NCBI GenBank assembly: GCA_052168235.1
Contig: JBQLZK010000016.1
Location: forward strand, 1 to 64,000
Direction of reading: 5' to 3'
DNA from: Thainema sp.
Lineage (GTDB): Bacteria > Cyanobacteriota > Cyanobacteriia > Phormidesmidales > Phormidesmidaceae
DNA: 64,000 bases
Shown here: in pieces, positions 1-10,570 of the stretch
How positions within the stretch are numbered: the stretch's first letter is position 1
Layout of the letters: every line of letters begins with the position of its first letter
Notes under the pieces: generated by a model
Database searches by the model: none
Told to the model about the DNA's origin: nothing
The model's input: the letters and a program-made list of their open reading frames with translations, nothing else
Program-made: the position numbers and the translations under genes

Positions 1-100
1 CTCGCATCTCAGGAGGGTCGGTCTACCTCTCTTCTCTCAACATACAAGGAGTGAGAAGTAAAAGGCCGTAGAGGGCTGTAAAGACTCAACGCCCAATCTC

Positions 101-172
101 CTCAACCCCCAATACCTAACCCCCAGTACCCCACACCGAGTACCCAAAGTACCCGCACCCAATACCCAATCC
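101..172. repeat. Degenerate short tandem repeat (CCCAATA/CCCAGTA-like units), STRR-like
   Basis: Repeated ccc(a/c)a(a/g)tacc-type units upstream of the HAD gene. Confidence 0.45.
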
Positions 173-219
173 TCAACACTTTACTCATTCTCTCAGCAAG
201 CCACCATCAAGCACCGTCT

Positions 220-939
220 ATGGCATTGAAGGCAGTTTTATTCGATTTCAATGGCATTATCATCAACGATGAGCCGATTCATGATCAGCTTCTGAAGCAA
301 CTGCTGATTGAAGAAAATATGCGGCCTAAAGCAGACGAATTTTGGAGCGTCTGTGTCGGTCGCACCGACCGTGCCTGCCTTAAGGAACTGCTGCATCGTC
401 GTGGCCGCTTGGTCAATGATGACTATCTCGATCGGCTCATCCAGCGGAAGGCTGTGGCCTACGAGAAAACATTGGCGGAAATGGTAGAGCTGCCGATTTA
501 CCCCCAACTGGCGGAACTGCTCGATCAACTCCAAGCGGCGCAGCTTCCTCTGGCAGTTGTTAGCGGTGCCTTGCGATCTGAGATTGAACTCGTTTTGACC
601 CGTGCCGGAATTCGCGATCGCTTTTCAGTGCTCGTCGGAGCCGATGATGTGGAAACGAGCAAGCCCGACCCAGCGGGTTATCTACTGGCGATTGAACGAC
701 TCAATCAGGCATTTCCCGATCTTCAGCTTCAGCCGACGGAATGTTTAGCGATTGAAGACTCTTATCCCGGTATTAAGGCGGCTAAGCGAGCGGGGATTCC
801 TGTTGCCGGTGTGGCTCACCTTCACCCATTTCACATGATCCAGCGCCGCGCCAACTGGGCCGTCGATTATCTCAATGAGCTAGAGCTAGACTGGATTCGC
901 CAGCGCTATGAGCCATCTACGCCTAGAATGGCTTCCTAA
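220..939 (+). CDS. HAD-superfamily phosphatase (beta-PGM/CbbY-like)
   Basis: Motif I FDFNG, VSGA, KPDP, IEDS. Confidence 0.9.
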   Translation: MALKAVLFDFNGIIINDEPIHDQLLKQLLIEENMRPKADEFWSVCVGRTDRACLKELLHRRGRLVNDDYLDRLIQRKAVAYEKTLAEMVELPIYPQLAELLDQLQAAQLPLAVVSGALRSEIELVLTRAGIRDRFSVLVGADDVETSKPDPAGYLLAIERLNQAFPDLQLQPTECLAIEDSYPGIKAAKRAGIPVAGVAHLHPFHMIQRRANWAVDYLNELELDWIRQRYEPSTPRMAS

Positions 940-945
940 TCGTAA

Positions 946-976
946 AGATAAAGCCGTCGCGATACGGGCTTTATCT
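946..976 (+). terminator. Stem-loop just after the HAD stop
   Basis: AGATAAAGCC...GGCTTTATCT 10-bp arms. Confidence 0.45.
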
Positions 977-1021
977 GCTAAAAAATTGAGCAGGTGAGCC
1001 ACCAGCGCTGTGTCAAATCAG

Positions 1022-1070
1022 TTTTGATGGTTGATATGCCGTGCTTGGCACGGCATATCAACCATCAAAA
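1022..1070. terminator. 23-bp perfect inverted repeat between convergent genes, probable bidirectional terminator
   Basis: TTTTGATGGTTGATATGCCGTGC-TTG-GCACGGCATATCAACCATCAAAA. Confidence 0.75.
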
Positions 1071-1100
1071 TCCACCAAAACAACGTTAATAAACGGCTAG

Positions 1101-2231
1101 TTAAGGATTGGAGAACGTATTGATTTCGCCATTGCCAATATATCGTCCCGGTTGGCGACGCGATGCTGAAAAAGGAGCCGTCTGTGGCGTAACCTGAGAT
1201 GACGAAGCATCTAACGGTTGAGAGATCGTCGGGCCAAATACACCAACATTCGTAATTGTCGGTACGGGATTAAAAGTGTTGCCAATTGACGGAATTGAGG
1301 GCGCAAGCGAGGGCTGCGCTGCTAGTCCTGGAATCGGCGCAACCGAGTTCGAGTAAATATTCGTGCCACCTCCGGATGGAGTCACTGGAGTTAAAGCAGG
1401 TGGCAGCGTATAGCCAGTGGTGCCCGGTGGCGGCGACATGGTTGAACTCGTCGGAATAAATGTGACAGACGGAGGTAGAGAGCCTGTAGACTGCGATGTC
1501 AGACTCGCAGGCTGCATAGGTTCAGTCAGCGTTAGCGATGATGTCGCTGTGTCAGCGGGCTGCGGGTTAGTACTCTCAGCCGCTGTAGTTCCGTCTGATG
1601 TTTCCGATGCAGTAGACGAGCGAAATTGTTGGTCGAGAATAGCTCGCTCCAGCGGACTAACAGTTGGAGTAGCGGATGGTGTAGTCATGTTTTGACTGGC
1701 ACCGTCGAATAATCCTAACGAAAACAAGTAGGGATCACTGCCTGAGCTCGATCCAGTTCGGGTCGCAGAACGAGGATTAACTGGATTAACCATTCCCGTC
1801 GTGAAGGGTTCGGGTAAGGTATTGCTGTTTGATCTGGCACTGGATGGGTTGTTGCGATCGCGACTGGCCAAATACCGTTCCCCAGCCGATGGCTCGCTCG
1901 CTTGCGCAGCATTTGCAGCATCTGCACTACCAGCCTGATCCAAATTTTGCTGCTCTGCATCGGCCTGCAAATCGCTGGACAGCACCTCCAGATTATCGAT
2001 ATCAGCCGCAGCTCTCAGCTGATCTTCCGACAGCGTATTGCCCAATCCAGACTGATCCGGCCCCAAATCATCGTCATCAGAACTTGCTAGCCAACCGGGA
2101 TTAGTTGTGTACTCCAGCAGAAAAGCGGCAACCAGCGCCAGAATTAAAGCCGGAATCCAAACCGCCGGACGTCCCAACGCAAGTAACCGCGCTTTGAAGT
2201 AGCGAAATGACGCTGAATTTCTGGAAGACAT
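1101..2231 (-). CDS. Hypothetical membrane-anchored Pro/Ser/Thr-rich protein
   Basis: One N-terminal hydrophobic helix, long low-complexity region, C-terminal PGRYIGNGEINTFSNP. Confidence 0.75.
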   Translation of the reverse strand: MSSRNSASFRYFKARLLALGRPAVWIPALILALVAAFLLEYTTNPGWLASSDDDDLGPDQSGLGNTLSEDQLRAAADIDNLEVLSSDLQADAEQQNLDQAGSADAANAAQASEPSAGERYLASRDRNNPSSARSNSNTLPEPFTTGMVNPVNPRSATRTGSSSGSDPYLFSLGLFDGASQNMTTPSATPTVSPLERAILDQQFRSSTASETSDGTTAAESTNPQPADTATSSLTLTEPMQPASLTSQSTGSLPPSVTFIPTSSTMSPPPGTTGYTLPPALTPVTPSGGGTNIYSNSVAPIPGLAAQPSLAPSIPSIGNTFNPVPTITNVGVFGPTISQPLDASSSQVTPQTAPFSASRRQPGRYIGNGEINTFSNP

Positions 2232-2488
2232 AAGCAGGAGTGCAAATCTGCTAGGAGGAATAAGCTGACATCTTTATTGTACTCAGATTGCACTCAGAAC
2301 CCATGAAACGGATCGATCTTTGAGACATATTCAAATAACGTTTCCTTCATCTGCCAATCAAATTCCGGATGAAGAGGCTGGTCATCGATCTGTTTTCCGA
2401 ACTTGATAGGATAGAATCCTCAATGGGAAACAAGCACAAACTATTAGATGGAATCTGGCATCATACGATGAGATGGAGGTTTGGCCGC

Positions 2489-2893
2489 GTGGAGTGGAAA
2501 GTTCGGGCAGTTCGCGGGGCGACAACTGTATCTGAAAATTCAGTTGAGGCAATTCGAGAAGCTGTTGAAGAACTGCTAAACGAATTTCAAACCCGCAACC
2601 AAATAGAACCGAGCAATATCATTAGCGCAACGTTTTCGGTCACTCGGGATCTAGATGCGATTTTTCCAGCGGCGATTGCCCGCGATCGCAACCAGTGGGA
2701 TCAGGTACCGCTACTGGATGTGCAACAAATGCATGTGGAAGGCAGCCTGACAAAGTGCATTCGCTTTCTGATTCATGTGTATATGCCAGCTCATCAAACC
2801 CAGGTTTATCATCCTTATCTGCGTAAAGCCCGAGAACTCCGGCCTGACTTATGCTCCGACCCGCTGCCGCCTTCGGTTGTAAGCAGTCCATAA
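2489..2893 (+). CDS. aroH: Chorismate mutase, AroH class
   Basis: VRAVRGATT, SATFSVTRDLDAIFPA, KCIRFL, LRPD; start moved to GTG 2489 behind GGAGG (2475-2479). Confidence 0.9.
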   Translation: MEWKVRAVRGATTVSENSVEAIREAVEELLNEFQTRNQIEPSNIISATFSVTRDLDAIFPAAIARDRNQWDQVPLLDVQQMHVEGSLTKCIRFLIHVYMPAHQTQVYHPYLRKARELRPDLCSDPLPPSVVSSP

Positions 2894-2904
2894 CGTATTT
2901 CTCT

Positions 2905-2955
2905 GCAATCGTTTAGGGGGAGGCTAGCGCTGCTAGCCTCCCCCTAAACGATTGC
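2905..2955. terminator. 24-bp perfect inverted repeat between convergent aroH and crtR
   Basis: GCAATCGTTTAGGGGGAGGCTAGC-GCT-reverse complement. Confidence 0.75.
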
Positions 2956-3032
2956 TTAACTTCGACTGGCTAAGAAAGCAGAAAAAGCCTTATTCAAAGC
3001 CCTTTCTACTTTTTTACTCAAAGCTGATCAGC

Positions 3033-3953
3033 TCAGCTTGAAGTCGTCAAATCCTTTTCATTCTCTTTCGTGTGCTTCTTGCCGTGGAATCGGATACCTA
3101 AAAACACGTCATACAAAAAGCTAAAGAAGCTCTTCCCTTCTAAAAGCCCCAAAGATTGGTGACAACCTTTGGAGTCAAGCAGTGGCTGGGTTGCGCGATA
3201 GGCTTTTTGATAGTTGTACCAAGGAATAGAAGGCCAGAGATGATGAATGAGATGATAGTTTTGCCCCAGAATCAGGATATTGAGAATCGGGCTGGGATAA
3301 ACACGAGCATTCTTCCAGCGATCGCGCTCCTTGAACGGACGATGGGGCAAATAGTCGAAAAACAGTCCCAGGGCAATGCCCACTACTAGCGCTGGCGAAA
3401 ACCAATAGTTAAAAATAAAGTCCAAAAAGTCGTAATGAATAGCCAGAACGACGATTGTGATCACAAACAAGCGGCTTAAGAACCACTCTAGTAGCTCATA
3501 TTTACGCCATAAACGCCGCTTGAAGAAAAAAATCTCATGGTAGAAGAACCGAGCCGCAATCATCCACAGCGGCCCCCCTGTTGAGACAAAGTGATCGGGA
3601 TCGTTTTCCGGGTCGTTGACATTTGCATGGTGCTGCATATGCACTCTGGTAAATACCGGGAACGCAAAGCCCAGCATCAACGCACTGCCGTGACCGAGAA
3701 TCGCGTTCATAATCCGATTTTGGTGTCCAACATTGTGAGAGGCATCGTGAATCACGGTGCCCGCTAGATGCAGCGCCAACACATTCAGCAAAAAACAGCA
3801 CCAGCCTGGCCACTCCCAGATCCAATAGCCCAGACATGACATGACGGCAATCCAAACTGCTGCTAGAAACATCAGCAGATTTGGGTTCACAATACCTGGC
3901 GTACCTAGTAGTTCCTTCGGTACTGTCAGGGGCCTAGCTGCCTCCGACATCAC
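3033..3953 (-). CDS. crtR: Beta-carotene hydroxylase
   Basis: Desaturase-type His boxes HDASH, HMQHH, HLIHH; NDPENDPDHFVSTGGP typical of cyanobacterial CrtR. Confidence 0.92.
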   Translation of the reverse strand: MMSEAARPLTVPKELLGTPGIVNPNLLMFLAAVWIAVMSCLGYWIWEWPGWCCFLLNVLALHLAGTVIHDASHNVGHQNRIMNAILGHGSALMLGFAFPVFTRVHMQHHANVNDPENDPDHFVSTGGPLWMIAARFFYHEIFFFKRRLWRKYELLEWFLSRLFVITIVVLAIHYDFLDFIFNYWFSPALVVGIALGLFFDYLPHRPFKERDRWKNARVYPSPILNILILGQNYHLIHHLWPSIPWYNYQKAYRATQPLLDSKGCHQSLGLLEGKSFFSFLYDVFLGIRFHGKKHTKENEKDLTTSS

Positions 3954-4178
3954 ATCTATACTCCTCGTTACACGCTCTCGCGTAGTATACGATACGGCAC
4001 GGTAATAATAAAGTTTTGTGACATCAGCTCATTTAATCTTCCTAGGGTAAGAGTATCTATAAAAGCTGATTGATGGATTAACTTGTTAGGATAATTGACT
4101 GATTCATAAAGCTTTGGCGGTTTCAGGTAAAATCAGGAACGTGCCAATTTTTAGACCAGTCTCAAACAAAAGGAGAGA

Positions 4179-4913
4179 TTGCCCTTGCCTACGCTAGGCG
4201 TCAACATTGACCACATCGCCACGATTCGACAGGCTCGGCGCACAGTAGAGCCCGATCCGGTTGCAGCAGCCGTGCTGGCTGAGCTGGGCGGAGCCGATGG
4301 CATCACCGTGCATTTGCGCGAAGATCGGCGGCATGTTCAAGAGCGGGATGTACGTCTGCTGCGGGAAACCGTGCGGACTCATCTCAATCTAGAGATGGCG
4401 GCGACGGACGAAATGGTTGCGATCGCACTTGAGATCAAACCAGACTATGTAACCGTTGTGCCCGAAAATCGCCAAGAGGTCACCACCGAAGGCGGTTTAG
4501 ACGTTGCCGGTCAAATCGATCGCATAACGGCAGTTGTGGATCAGCTACAGAGCGCAGGAATTCCGGTCAGCCTGTTTATCGATGCTGATGCAGAGCAAAT
4601 TATGGCATCGGCAGCTACTAAAGCCCAGTTCATTGAGCTGCATACGGGCACCTATGCAGAAGCCAAGGATGAACGAACGCAGCAAAAAGAGCTGGAAATT
4701 CTTGCCAAAGGTTGTCATCAAGCTGTTGCCGCTGGCTTACGGGTCAATGCTGGACATGGTTTGACCTATTGGAATACCTATCCAGTCGCTTGTATTGAAG
4801 GGATGGAAGAACTCAACATCGGCCATACCATAGTCAGTCGTGCAGCCCTGGTTGGCATGCAGCAAGCTGTACGGGAAATGAAGCAGGTTATCTTGCAAGG
4901 ATACTGGATGTAA
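4179..4913 (+). CDS. pdxJ: Pyridoxine 5'-phosphate synthase
   Basis: [38 protein letters not shown] start behind AAGGAG. Confidence 0.96.
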   Translation: MPLPTLGVNIDHIATIRQARRTVEPDPVAAAVLAELGGADGITVHLREDRRHVQERDVRLLRETVRTHLNLEMAATDEMVAIALEIKPDYVTVVPENRQEVTTEGGLDVAGQIDRITAVVDQLQSAGIPVSLFIDADAEQIMASAATKAQFIELHTGTYAEAKDERTQQKELEILAKGCHQAVAAGLRVNAGHGLTYWNTYPVACIEGMEELNIGHTIVSRAALVGMQQAVREMKQVILQGYWM

Positions 4914-5006
4914 TTTAGCCAAGTTTCGGTAAACCGTAAGGTGATCGATGCCCGCTTTACTTAACACCTTAAAAACGCAACTTTCAACATCACAGGGAGG
5001 TTTAAA

Positions 5007-5333
5007 ATGACAACGTATTACTACGTCGCAGCTAGCCGCAAATTTTTACTCGAAGAAGAACCATTTGAAGAGGTTCTCAAAGAAAGAATTCGCTACTATA
5101 AGGAACAAGAAAAAGAGGTCGATTTTTGGCTGGTTGAGCAGCCTGCTTTTCTAGAAGCACCGGAAATGGCTGACGTGAAAGCCAAGTGCCCTCAGCCAAC
5201 TGCGGCAATTATCACCACGAATTCATCTTTTATGAATTGGCTCAAACTCAGACTAGAATACGTTGCAACTGGTCAGTTTGAAGCTCCCTCCGAAAGCATT
5301 CCTGAGCCGCTTGCCTCATTAGCAGCTGCATAA
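5007..5333 (+). CDS. ycf54: Ycf54, MgPME cyclase accessory protein
   Basis: YYYVAASRKFLLEEEPFEEVLKER...DFWLVEQPAFLE...WLKLRLEYV. Confidence 0.9.
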   Translation: MTTYYYVAASRKFLLEEEPFEEVLKERIRYYKEQEKEVDFWLVEQPAFLEAPEMADVKAKCPQPTAAIITTNSSFMNWLKLRLEYVATGQFEAPSESIPEPLASLAAA

Positions 5334-5364
5334 GATAGTACCTCACACGAAATTCGCTATCAAA

Positions 5365-5421
5365 AATCAGTCATAGTTATGAAATCTGCAATGAGCGCAG
5401 TTTTCATAACTATGACTGATT
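5365..5421. terminator. Long near-perfect hairpin between convergent ycf54 and the cyclase gene
   Basis: AATCAGTCATAGTTATGAAA...TTTCATAACTATGACTGATT 20-bp arms plus inner CTGC/GCAG. Confidence 0.7.
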
Positions 5422-5437
5422 AGATTTCGTATATGCT

Positions 5438-8400
5438 CTAATCTTCTAGCTTTTGATAAAGCTGAATACGATGTTGTTGTTCACAGCGTTCATAGTAAAT
5501 CTTGGCAACGCGATCCGCTGGGTACTGCTCAATACAATCCGATAGCAGAGCAGCGGCAACATCCCACTGGTGCATTTCAAATAAGTATAGCGCTTGCTCA
5601 AAGGTTGTTTTCGTTGCCCATTTTTGATCTTGCACGGCCACCGGATCTGCATCAAACACTTCATAAACAGTTACAGGTTCCGAGCGGCCCCGCACTTGCA
5701 CACGATCGATTCGGCGAATTGAATACTTATCTGGATCTTCAAGCCGTTGCAGCGTGTCATCAGAAATCAATAGCGAAACGCCATAGTCTTTAGTCAGTTT
5801 TTCAATCCGTGCCGCCAGATTAACGGCATCGCTAATTACCGTGCCATCCATGCGATTCACACCGCCGACGGTACCCAACATCAGTTCCCCGGTATTGATT
5901 CCAATACCAATCCGTACTGCCTCATAGCCCATCCGAGAGCGGTTTTGGTTGTACTTATCTAGACGATGTAGCAGATCAATCCCCGCGAGAATCGCGTCAT
6001 CAGCGGTGCCGCTAAAAAGGGCCATAATGCCATCGCCGATGTATTTGTCGATAAACCCGTGATGGTTAGTGATAGCGGGTTCTAAACGGCTGAAGCAGGA
6101 ATTGATAAACCGGAAATTTTCCTCTGGTGTCATCTGCTCAGCCAACGCAGTAAAGTTGCGAATATCGGCAAACAACACCGACATTTCTCGTTGAGTCTGA
6201 TCACCCAGCTGGACTTCTACAATGCTGTCCCGGTTGAGGAACTTCAGGAACTCTTGCGGCACAAAGCGTCCATAGGCCAAATTAATTTTCGACAGCTCCA
6301 GATGAACCCGAATCCGGGCCAGCAGCTCATCCCGAGAGATCGGTTTGGCTAGATAATCATTCGCTCCCGCTTCCAGTCCCTGCACTAGAGAGGCGACCTG
6401 ATTCTTGGCCGTTAGCATGACAATTGGCAGCTCATGGGTGGGATACTGCTGCCGGATCTGCTGGCAAACCTCGTATCCAGTCATACCGGGCATCATCACG
6501 TCCAGCAAAATGAGATCTGGTTGCAGCCCCTGCGCCATCAAGTCCAGCGCCTCAGCACCGCTTGATGCCTGAGCAATTTGATAGTCTTCTAGAGACAAAT
6601 AATTAACGAGTACCTGTAGATTGACAGGTTCATCATCAACAATCAGCACCGTTAGGGTTTGATTGGCAGAACGTTGCATCTGGCTGGTGGCTGTTTCTAG
6701 CCCCATCGGTTCATTAGAATTAGGTTCACCGATGAGGCTGTTGGGATCGAGAATTAAACGGGCAATGGCTAAATTATCCTGAGCAAATTCCGCATCAGGA
6801 CGATTCCCAGCCGTGGAAAATCGATCCGTTGCCGCCGCTCCAACTGCAATGGGCAGCGTAAAGGTAAAGGTTGATCCTTGTCCTAGGGTTGAATCAACCG
6901 TCAGAGTGCCGCCGTGTAGCTCAACGAGCTGCTTGGTAATCGCTAAACCCAGGCCTGTTCCCCCATACAATCGGGCCGTTGATCCGTCTGCCTGCTCAAA
7001 TGCCTCAAAAATCCGATCGAGCTTGTGGTCGGGAATGCCGATGCCTGTGTCAGAGACAGAGATTTTCAGTTCTTGATCCGGCGCGATCGCAGCTGCGGAT
7101 GTTGCATGATGACTGCCTGAAGTTGTTGCGATCCGATTCGCAGTGCCAACTTGTGTTTCGGACTGCACCACGGGTGCTGGCGATGGGCTAACTTGGACTG
7201 TGCTGACCGTACCGTTTGTCGGTCGATGGGCTTCTTCAGCGTCAGCGTTAGTGACAAGTTCAGCCTGAGAGCTAACCAATTGCTGGCGGGTCAGTGCTGA
7301 CTGATCAGAATAGGTCGAAGCACAAGCGGCATCTGTTGTTAATGCATCCGCAGTAGATGTGCGATCGCAGTCTGCACTACGTTCGATTTCTCTTTGGCTC
7401 ACCGTTGTCCGAGGCTGGATCTGAGCAGACATCACAATTTGTCCCTGCTCGGTAAACTTGATCGCGTTGCCAATCAGGTTGTGCAAAATCTGCAGGAGGC
7501 GATCTTCATCAGCCCAGGCAGATGGTAGATCGCTAGGAATGTTATTAATCAGCTGAATGGATTTAGTACGCAGTAAAGGCTTACTCAGGATCAGCACTAC
7601 CTCTACCACTTCTCGGAGGCCAATCGGTGTCTGATTCAGAACTAAACCGTGGTGCCGTAGTTTCGAAAAATCGAGAATATCGTTGATCAGGGTCGATAGC
7701 CGCCGCCCACTGGCCGAAATCATGCTCAAATTAGCCCGCGTCGCATCCGGTAGCGTTCCAGTGGCCCCATCAACTAGCGATTCAGCAATACCAATAATGC
7801 CGTTGAGTGGTGTCCGCAGCTCGTGGGACGTATTGGCTAAAAACTCGTCTTTGAGCCGATCCAGTTCTCGCAGTTCTTCATTTTTGGCCGCCAGCGTATC
7901 AAAAGACTGTTTAAGCTGTGCTGCCATTTGATTAAACGACGCAGCCAGTTCAGCAATTTCGTCCTGACGATCGATCTGAATTTTCTGATTCCATTCGCCA
8001 ACCGCTAGCCGCTTGGCCGCTCGGTTAATCTGTAAAATAGGTCGAGTAATCCAGCGGGCCGTGTGTGAACCCAGCAGAATCGCAATTAGCAGAGCGAGAA
8101 CGCACAGCAAAATAGTTTTGCGGGCATTTTCCTGAATCTGGGACATGAAGTCGGACTCAGGAATTATCACAACAACTAGCCAGTTGAGCGCTGCATCCTG
8201 CTCAAGGGGCAGAACCTCAACCCACTGTTGCTCTCCGTTGAACTCAAACGAAAGCTGCCGACGGGTGCGAATTTGGTCAAAAGATTCAAACTCACTGGTT
8301 AAAAACTGAGCGGCTGCTTGAATATGGGGATCTTGGCTGTTGACGGCCTGTAAGCGCTGTTCATCGTCAGCGATGGTGACAAATGGTGGTTCCGAGGTTG

Positions 8401-9190
8401 AACTGGCCACGATCGCACCAGAACGCTCCAGCACAAAGGCTTGCCCTGAGGGACTAATCGTCATCTGCCGCAGAAACTGGCTGATTTGCTCCAGCGTCAT
8501 ATCCAGCGCCAGCACCCCTTGCAGCTGATTCTCGTCATCATAAATCGGCGTAGCAGGGGTAATTCCCAAGCGAGCGTAATCCGGTGAGGCAAACCGATAA
8601 ATGGGACTCCAGGTCGCTTCTCTATCTCGTTTTGCGGCCTGATACCAGGGACGACTGCGCGGATCGTATTCTGTTTCGTCGATGCGGGCAATAGGTTCGC
8701 CCGTGGAGTCGGCTGAATAGGTTTCCCGAATTGGGGCAGTGGCCTCAGTACGCTGCCACAGAAGGATCTCTTCGTTGGAATCAGATCGGCGTTGAACACC
8801 GACAAAATCACCCGTTTCGCTGCCGTAGTAAATGCTGCTGATCAACGGCGCGATCGCAAGTTGATGCCAAAAATAGTGCCGCAATTGTTCTTGATCGGTA
8901 ACGGATAGATCGCCCGATTCAATGGTGGCAGCGGTAATTGCTAGCAGTTGTTGCCGTCTATCGAGGTCGCTCTGGATTTGCTGCTCAATCCGATCGGTTA
9001 CTTCGCGACTCAAGTTTACTGCTAAGTCGTTAACTGCCTGTTGACCATGTCGAAACGACAGCCAGCCGGTAATCGACACCGCTGCAAAAACCTGCGCACC
9101 AAAAGATAGCACCAAAATAACCTGGAGAGAAGTCGCCCGATCGGCTAGGGGTAAACGCGGAATGTACTGCCGTAGTCGCTGCATCCACAT
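5438..9190 (-). CDS. Membrane hybrid sensor: Cache-HAMP-HisKA-HATPase-receiver-class III adenylate cyclase with TPR-like tail
   Basis: Two TM helices around YDPRSRPWY Cache domain; HAMP; SHELRTPL; NLIGNAIKFT; DTGIGI; GGTGLGL; VDDE/LLDVMMP; FADIRNFT, DKYIGD, TVISDAVNLAAR. Confidence 0.92.
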   Translation of the reverse strand: MWMQRLRQYIPRLPLADRATSLQVILVLSFGAQVFAAVSITGWLSFRHGQQAVNDLAVNLSREVTDRIEQQIQSDLDRRQQLLAITAATIESGDLSVTDQEQLRHYFWHQLAIAPLISSIYYGSETGDFVGVQRRSDSNEEILLWQRTEATAPIRETYSADSTGEPIARIDETEYDPRSRPWYQAAKRDREATWSPIYRFASPDYARLGITPATPIYDDENQLQGVLALDMTLEQISQFLRQMTISPSGQAFVLERSGAIVASSTSEPPFVTIADDEQRLQAVNSQDPHIQAAAQFLTSEFESFDQIRTRRQLSFEFNGEQQWVEVLPLEQDAALNWLVVVIIPESDFMSQIQENARKTILLCVLALLIAILLGSHTARWITRPILQINRAAKRLAVGEWNQKIQIDRQDEIAELAASFNQMAAQLKQSFDTLAAKNEELRELDRLKDEFLANTSHELRTPLNGIIGIAESLVDGATGTLPDATRANLSMISASGRRLSTLINDILDFSKLRHHGLVLNQTPIGLREVVEVVLILSKPLLRTKSIQLINNIPSDLPSAWADEDRLLQILHNLIGNAIKFTEQGQIVMSAQIQPRTTVSQREIERSADCDRTSTADALTTDAACASTYSDQSALTRQQLVSSQAELVTNADAEEAHRPTNGTVSTVQVSPSPAPVVQSETQVGTANRIATTSGSHHATSAAAIAPDQELKISVSDTGIGIPDHKLDRIFEAFEQADGSTARLYGGTGLGLAITKQLVELHGGTLTVDSTLGQGSTFTFTLPIAVGAAATDRFSTAGNRPDAEFAQDNLAIARLILDPNSLIGEPNSNEPMGLETATSQMQRSANQTLTVLIVDDEPVNLQVLVNYLSLEDYQIAQASSGAEALDLMAQGLQPDLILLDVMMPGMTGYEVCQQIRQQYPTHELPIVMLTAKNQVASLVQGLEAGANDYLAKPISRDELLARIRVHLELSKINLAYGRFVPQEFLKFLNRDSIVEVQLGDQTQREMSVLFADIRNFTALAEQMTPEENFRFINSCFSRLEPAITNHHGFIDKYIGDGIMALFSGTADDAILAGIDLLHRLDKYNQNRSRMGYEAVRIGIGINTGELMLGTVGGVNRMDGTVISDAVNLAARIEKLTKDYGVSLLISDDTLQRLEDPDKYSIRRIDRVQVRGRSEPVTVYEVFDADPVAVQDQKWATKTTFEQALYLFEMHQWDVAAALLSDCIEQYPADRVAKIYYERCEQQHRIQLYQKLED

Positions 9191-9519
9191 CGATGCGACG
9201 AACCTCCCTCTTAACTAAATCGTAACGGTGTATTCACTAGTAAAAGGCAAATTTGTCCTCTAACCAGAGCCATAAATCATGCTATTCACCATGCTATCCC
9301 GCTTAGACAAAATCACTGAGAAGTTTACTCGAATCCCGATGAAACTTTGCGATCGCAATTTTAGTTTGACGAGTGACTTCACAGTGCTGCTTCAGCATGC
9401 TGCTCTATAGTGCATCATGCAGCATACAGCATCCGGATAATTTCGATGATATTCAAATATTTTATTCTCACCGCTAAAAATCGAGTTTGGATGACGGCGT
9501 TAGGCAGTGCTAGGCGATG

Positions 9520-10131
9520 TTAGATAGATACGGGAGTCAAAAAAGGTGCGATCGCAGTTTCAATCTGTTGAACCTGCACCGCATAGTCTTCAGCCGACAG
9601 TGCAGGCGTTGCCGTGCTGATATCAATCGACTGCTCTAAATCAATCCAAGAACGGCAACCACCATAGGATTCCTGATAGGGAATTTGCACAATGCTGGGC
9701 AATCGATAGACCCGCAGCATCAGTAAATATAGCGGCTGCTTCGGTTTCCACTTAAACCGTTCAGTTGCCAGTCGATCAGTCCAAATGTGAAATGGATTTA
9801 AAGCTGCGATCGCGCCTGCATCCGCTACCGCGCTAACCTGCGTAATCTTGGCCCAGGCTTGAATTGGAATCCGTTCTGGATGCCAGCCAGATTCAACGGG
9901 TTTAACCTCGGCATACTGCGGCTTGAGCAAGTGGGGCTGCTGATGCTCATAGGTTGGATAGAGCAATACCTGGTCATGGGCAACAGTGAAGCGGCCCCCA
10001 ACTTCTCGAATTCCACCTTTCCGAAGCAGCAAAATCGTTTCGCTATGCGTCAGCGCGTTTACGGCAACTGACCATTCTTTGAGAGCATGATTTAGCGTCG
10101 TAGTCATTGTAGCCATCGCGCAGGTGCTCAC
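9520..10131 (-). CDS. DUF1802 family protein
   Basis: ALKEW, LLRKGGIRE, LYPTYEHQ, YGGCRSW; GTGA overlap with upstream stop (alternative ATG 10107). Confidence 0.82.
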   Translation of the reverse strand: MSTCAMATMTTTLNHALKEWSVAVNALTHSETILLLRKGGIREVGGRFTVAHDQVLLYPTYEHQQPHLLKPQYAEVKPVESGWHPERIPIQAWAKITQVSAVADAGAIAALNPFHIWTDRLATERFKWKPKQPLYLLMLRVYRLPSIVQIPYQESYGGCRSWIDLEQSIDISTATPALSAEDYAVQVQQIETAIAPFLTPVSI

Positions 10132-10553
10132 AGTCGGTACGTTCTACGTTTAAGGTATCGCAATCCCATCCAGCCGACGACGCAGCCGATACCGTAATAG
10201 ACAAAATCCCAAACTGAAAACGCGACGCCAAAAATCAGCTTACCCAGGAAGGTTGCTCGCCAAGCCTCCAGCAGCGGCGGATGCCACAGTTGTGAGAATT
10301 CTGCGAAACCAGTGCCAATGCCGACCCCAACGGCAATTTTCCACAGCGGGACTCTAGGCCAGCCAAAGCTGATCAGCGCTATCCACATCACCTCATAGAG
10401 AATGTCGCCGCTGTAGCCCTGTACCCAGCTTTCGCCCACGCCCTGATAGAACTTTGAGCCAATTCCCAGCACAATCATGACGGCAACGACAGCGCAGAGG
10501 GCAATTCGATAGGCTGTACGCGATCCAGAAACAGCAGAAGTTGTTTGATTCAT
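10128..10553 (-). CDS. DUF2809-like membrane protein
   Basis: GDILY, EFSQLWHPPLLEAWRATFLGKLIFG.FSVWD. Confidence 0.75.
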   Translation of the reverse strand: MNQTTSAVSGSRTAYRIALCAVVAVMIVLGIGSKFYQGVGESWVQGYSGDILYEVMWIALISFGWPRVPLWKIAVGVGIGTGFAEFSQLWHPPLLEAWRATFLGKLIFGVAFSVWDFVYYGIGCVVGWMGLRYLKRRTYRL

Positions 10554-10570
10554 AAGCCCAAATTGATGAG

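Noticed and set aside
2369..2488. 40-aa N-terminal extension of AroH
   Set aside because: A GGAGG-preceded GTG at 2489 gives the typical AroH start
7075..7415. Intein in the kinase domain
   Set aside because: No HN-C/S/T splice junction or intein blocks
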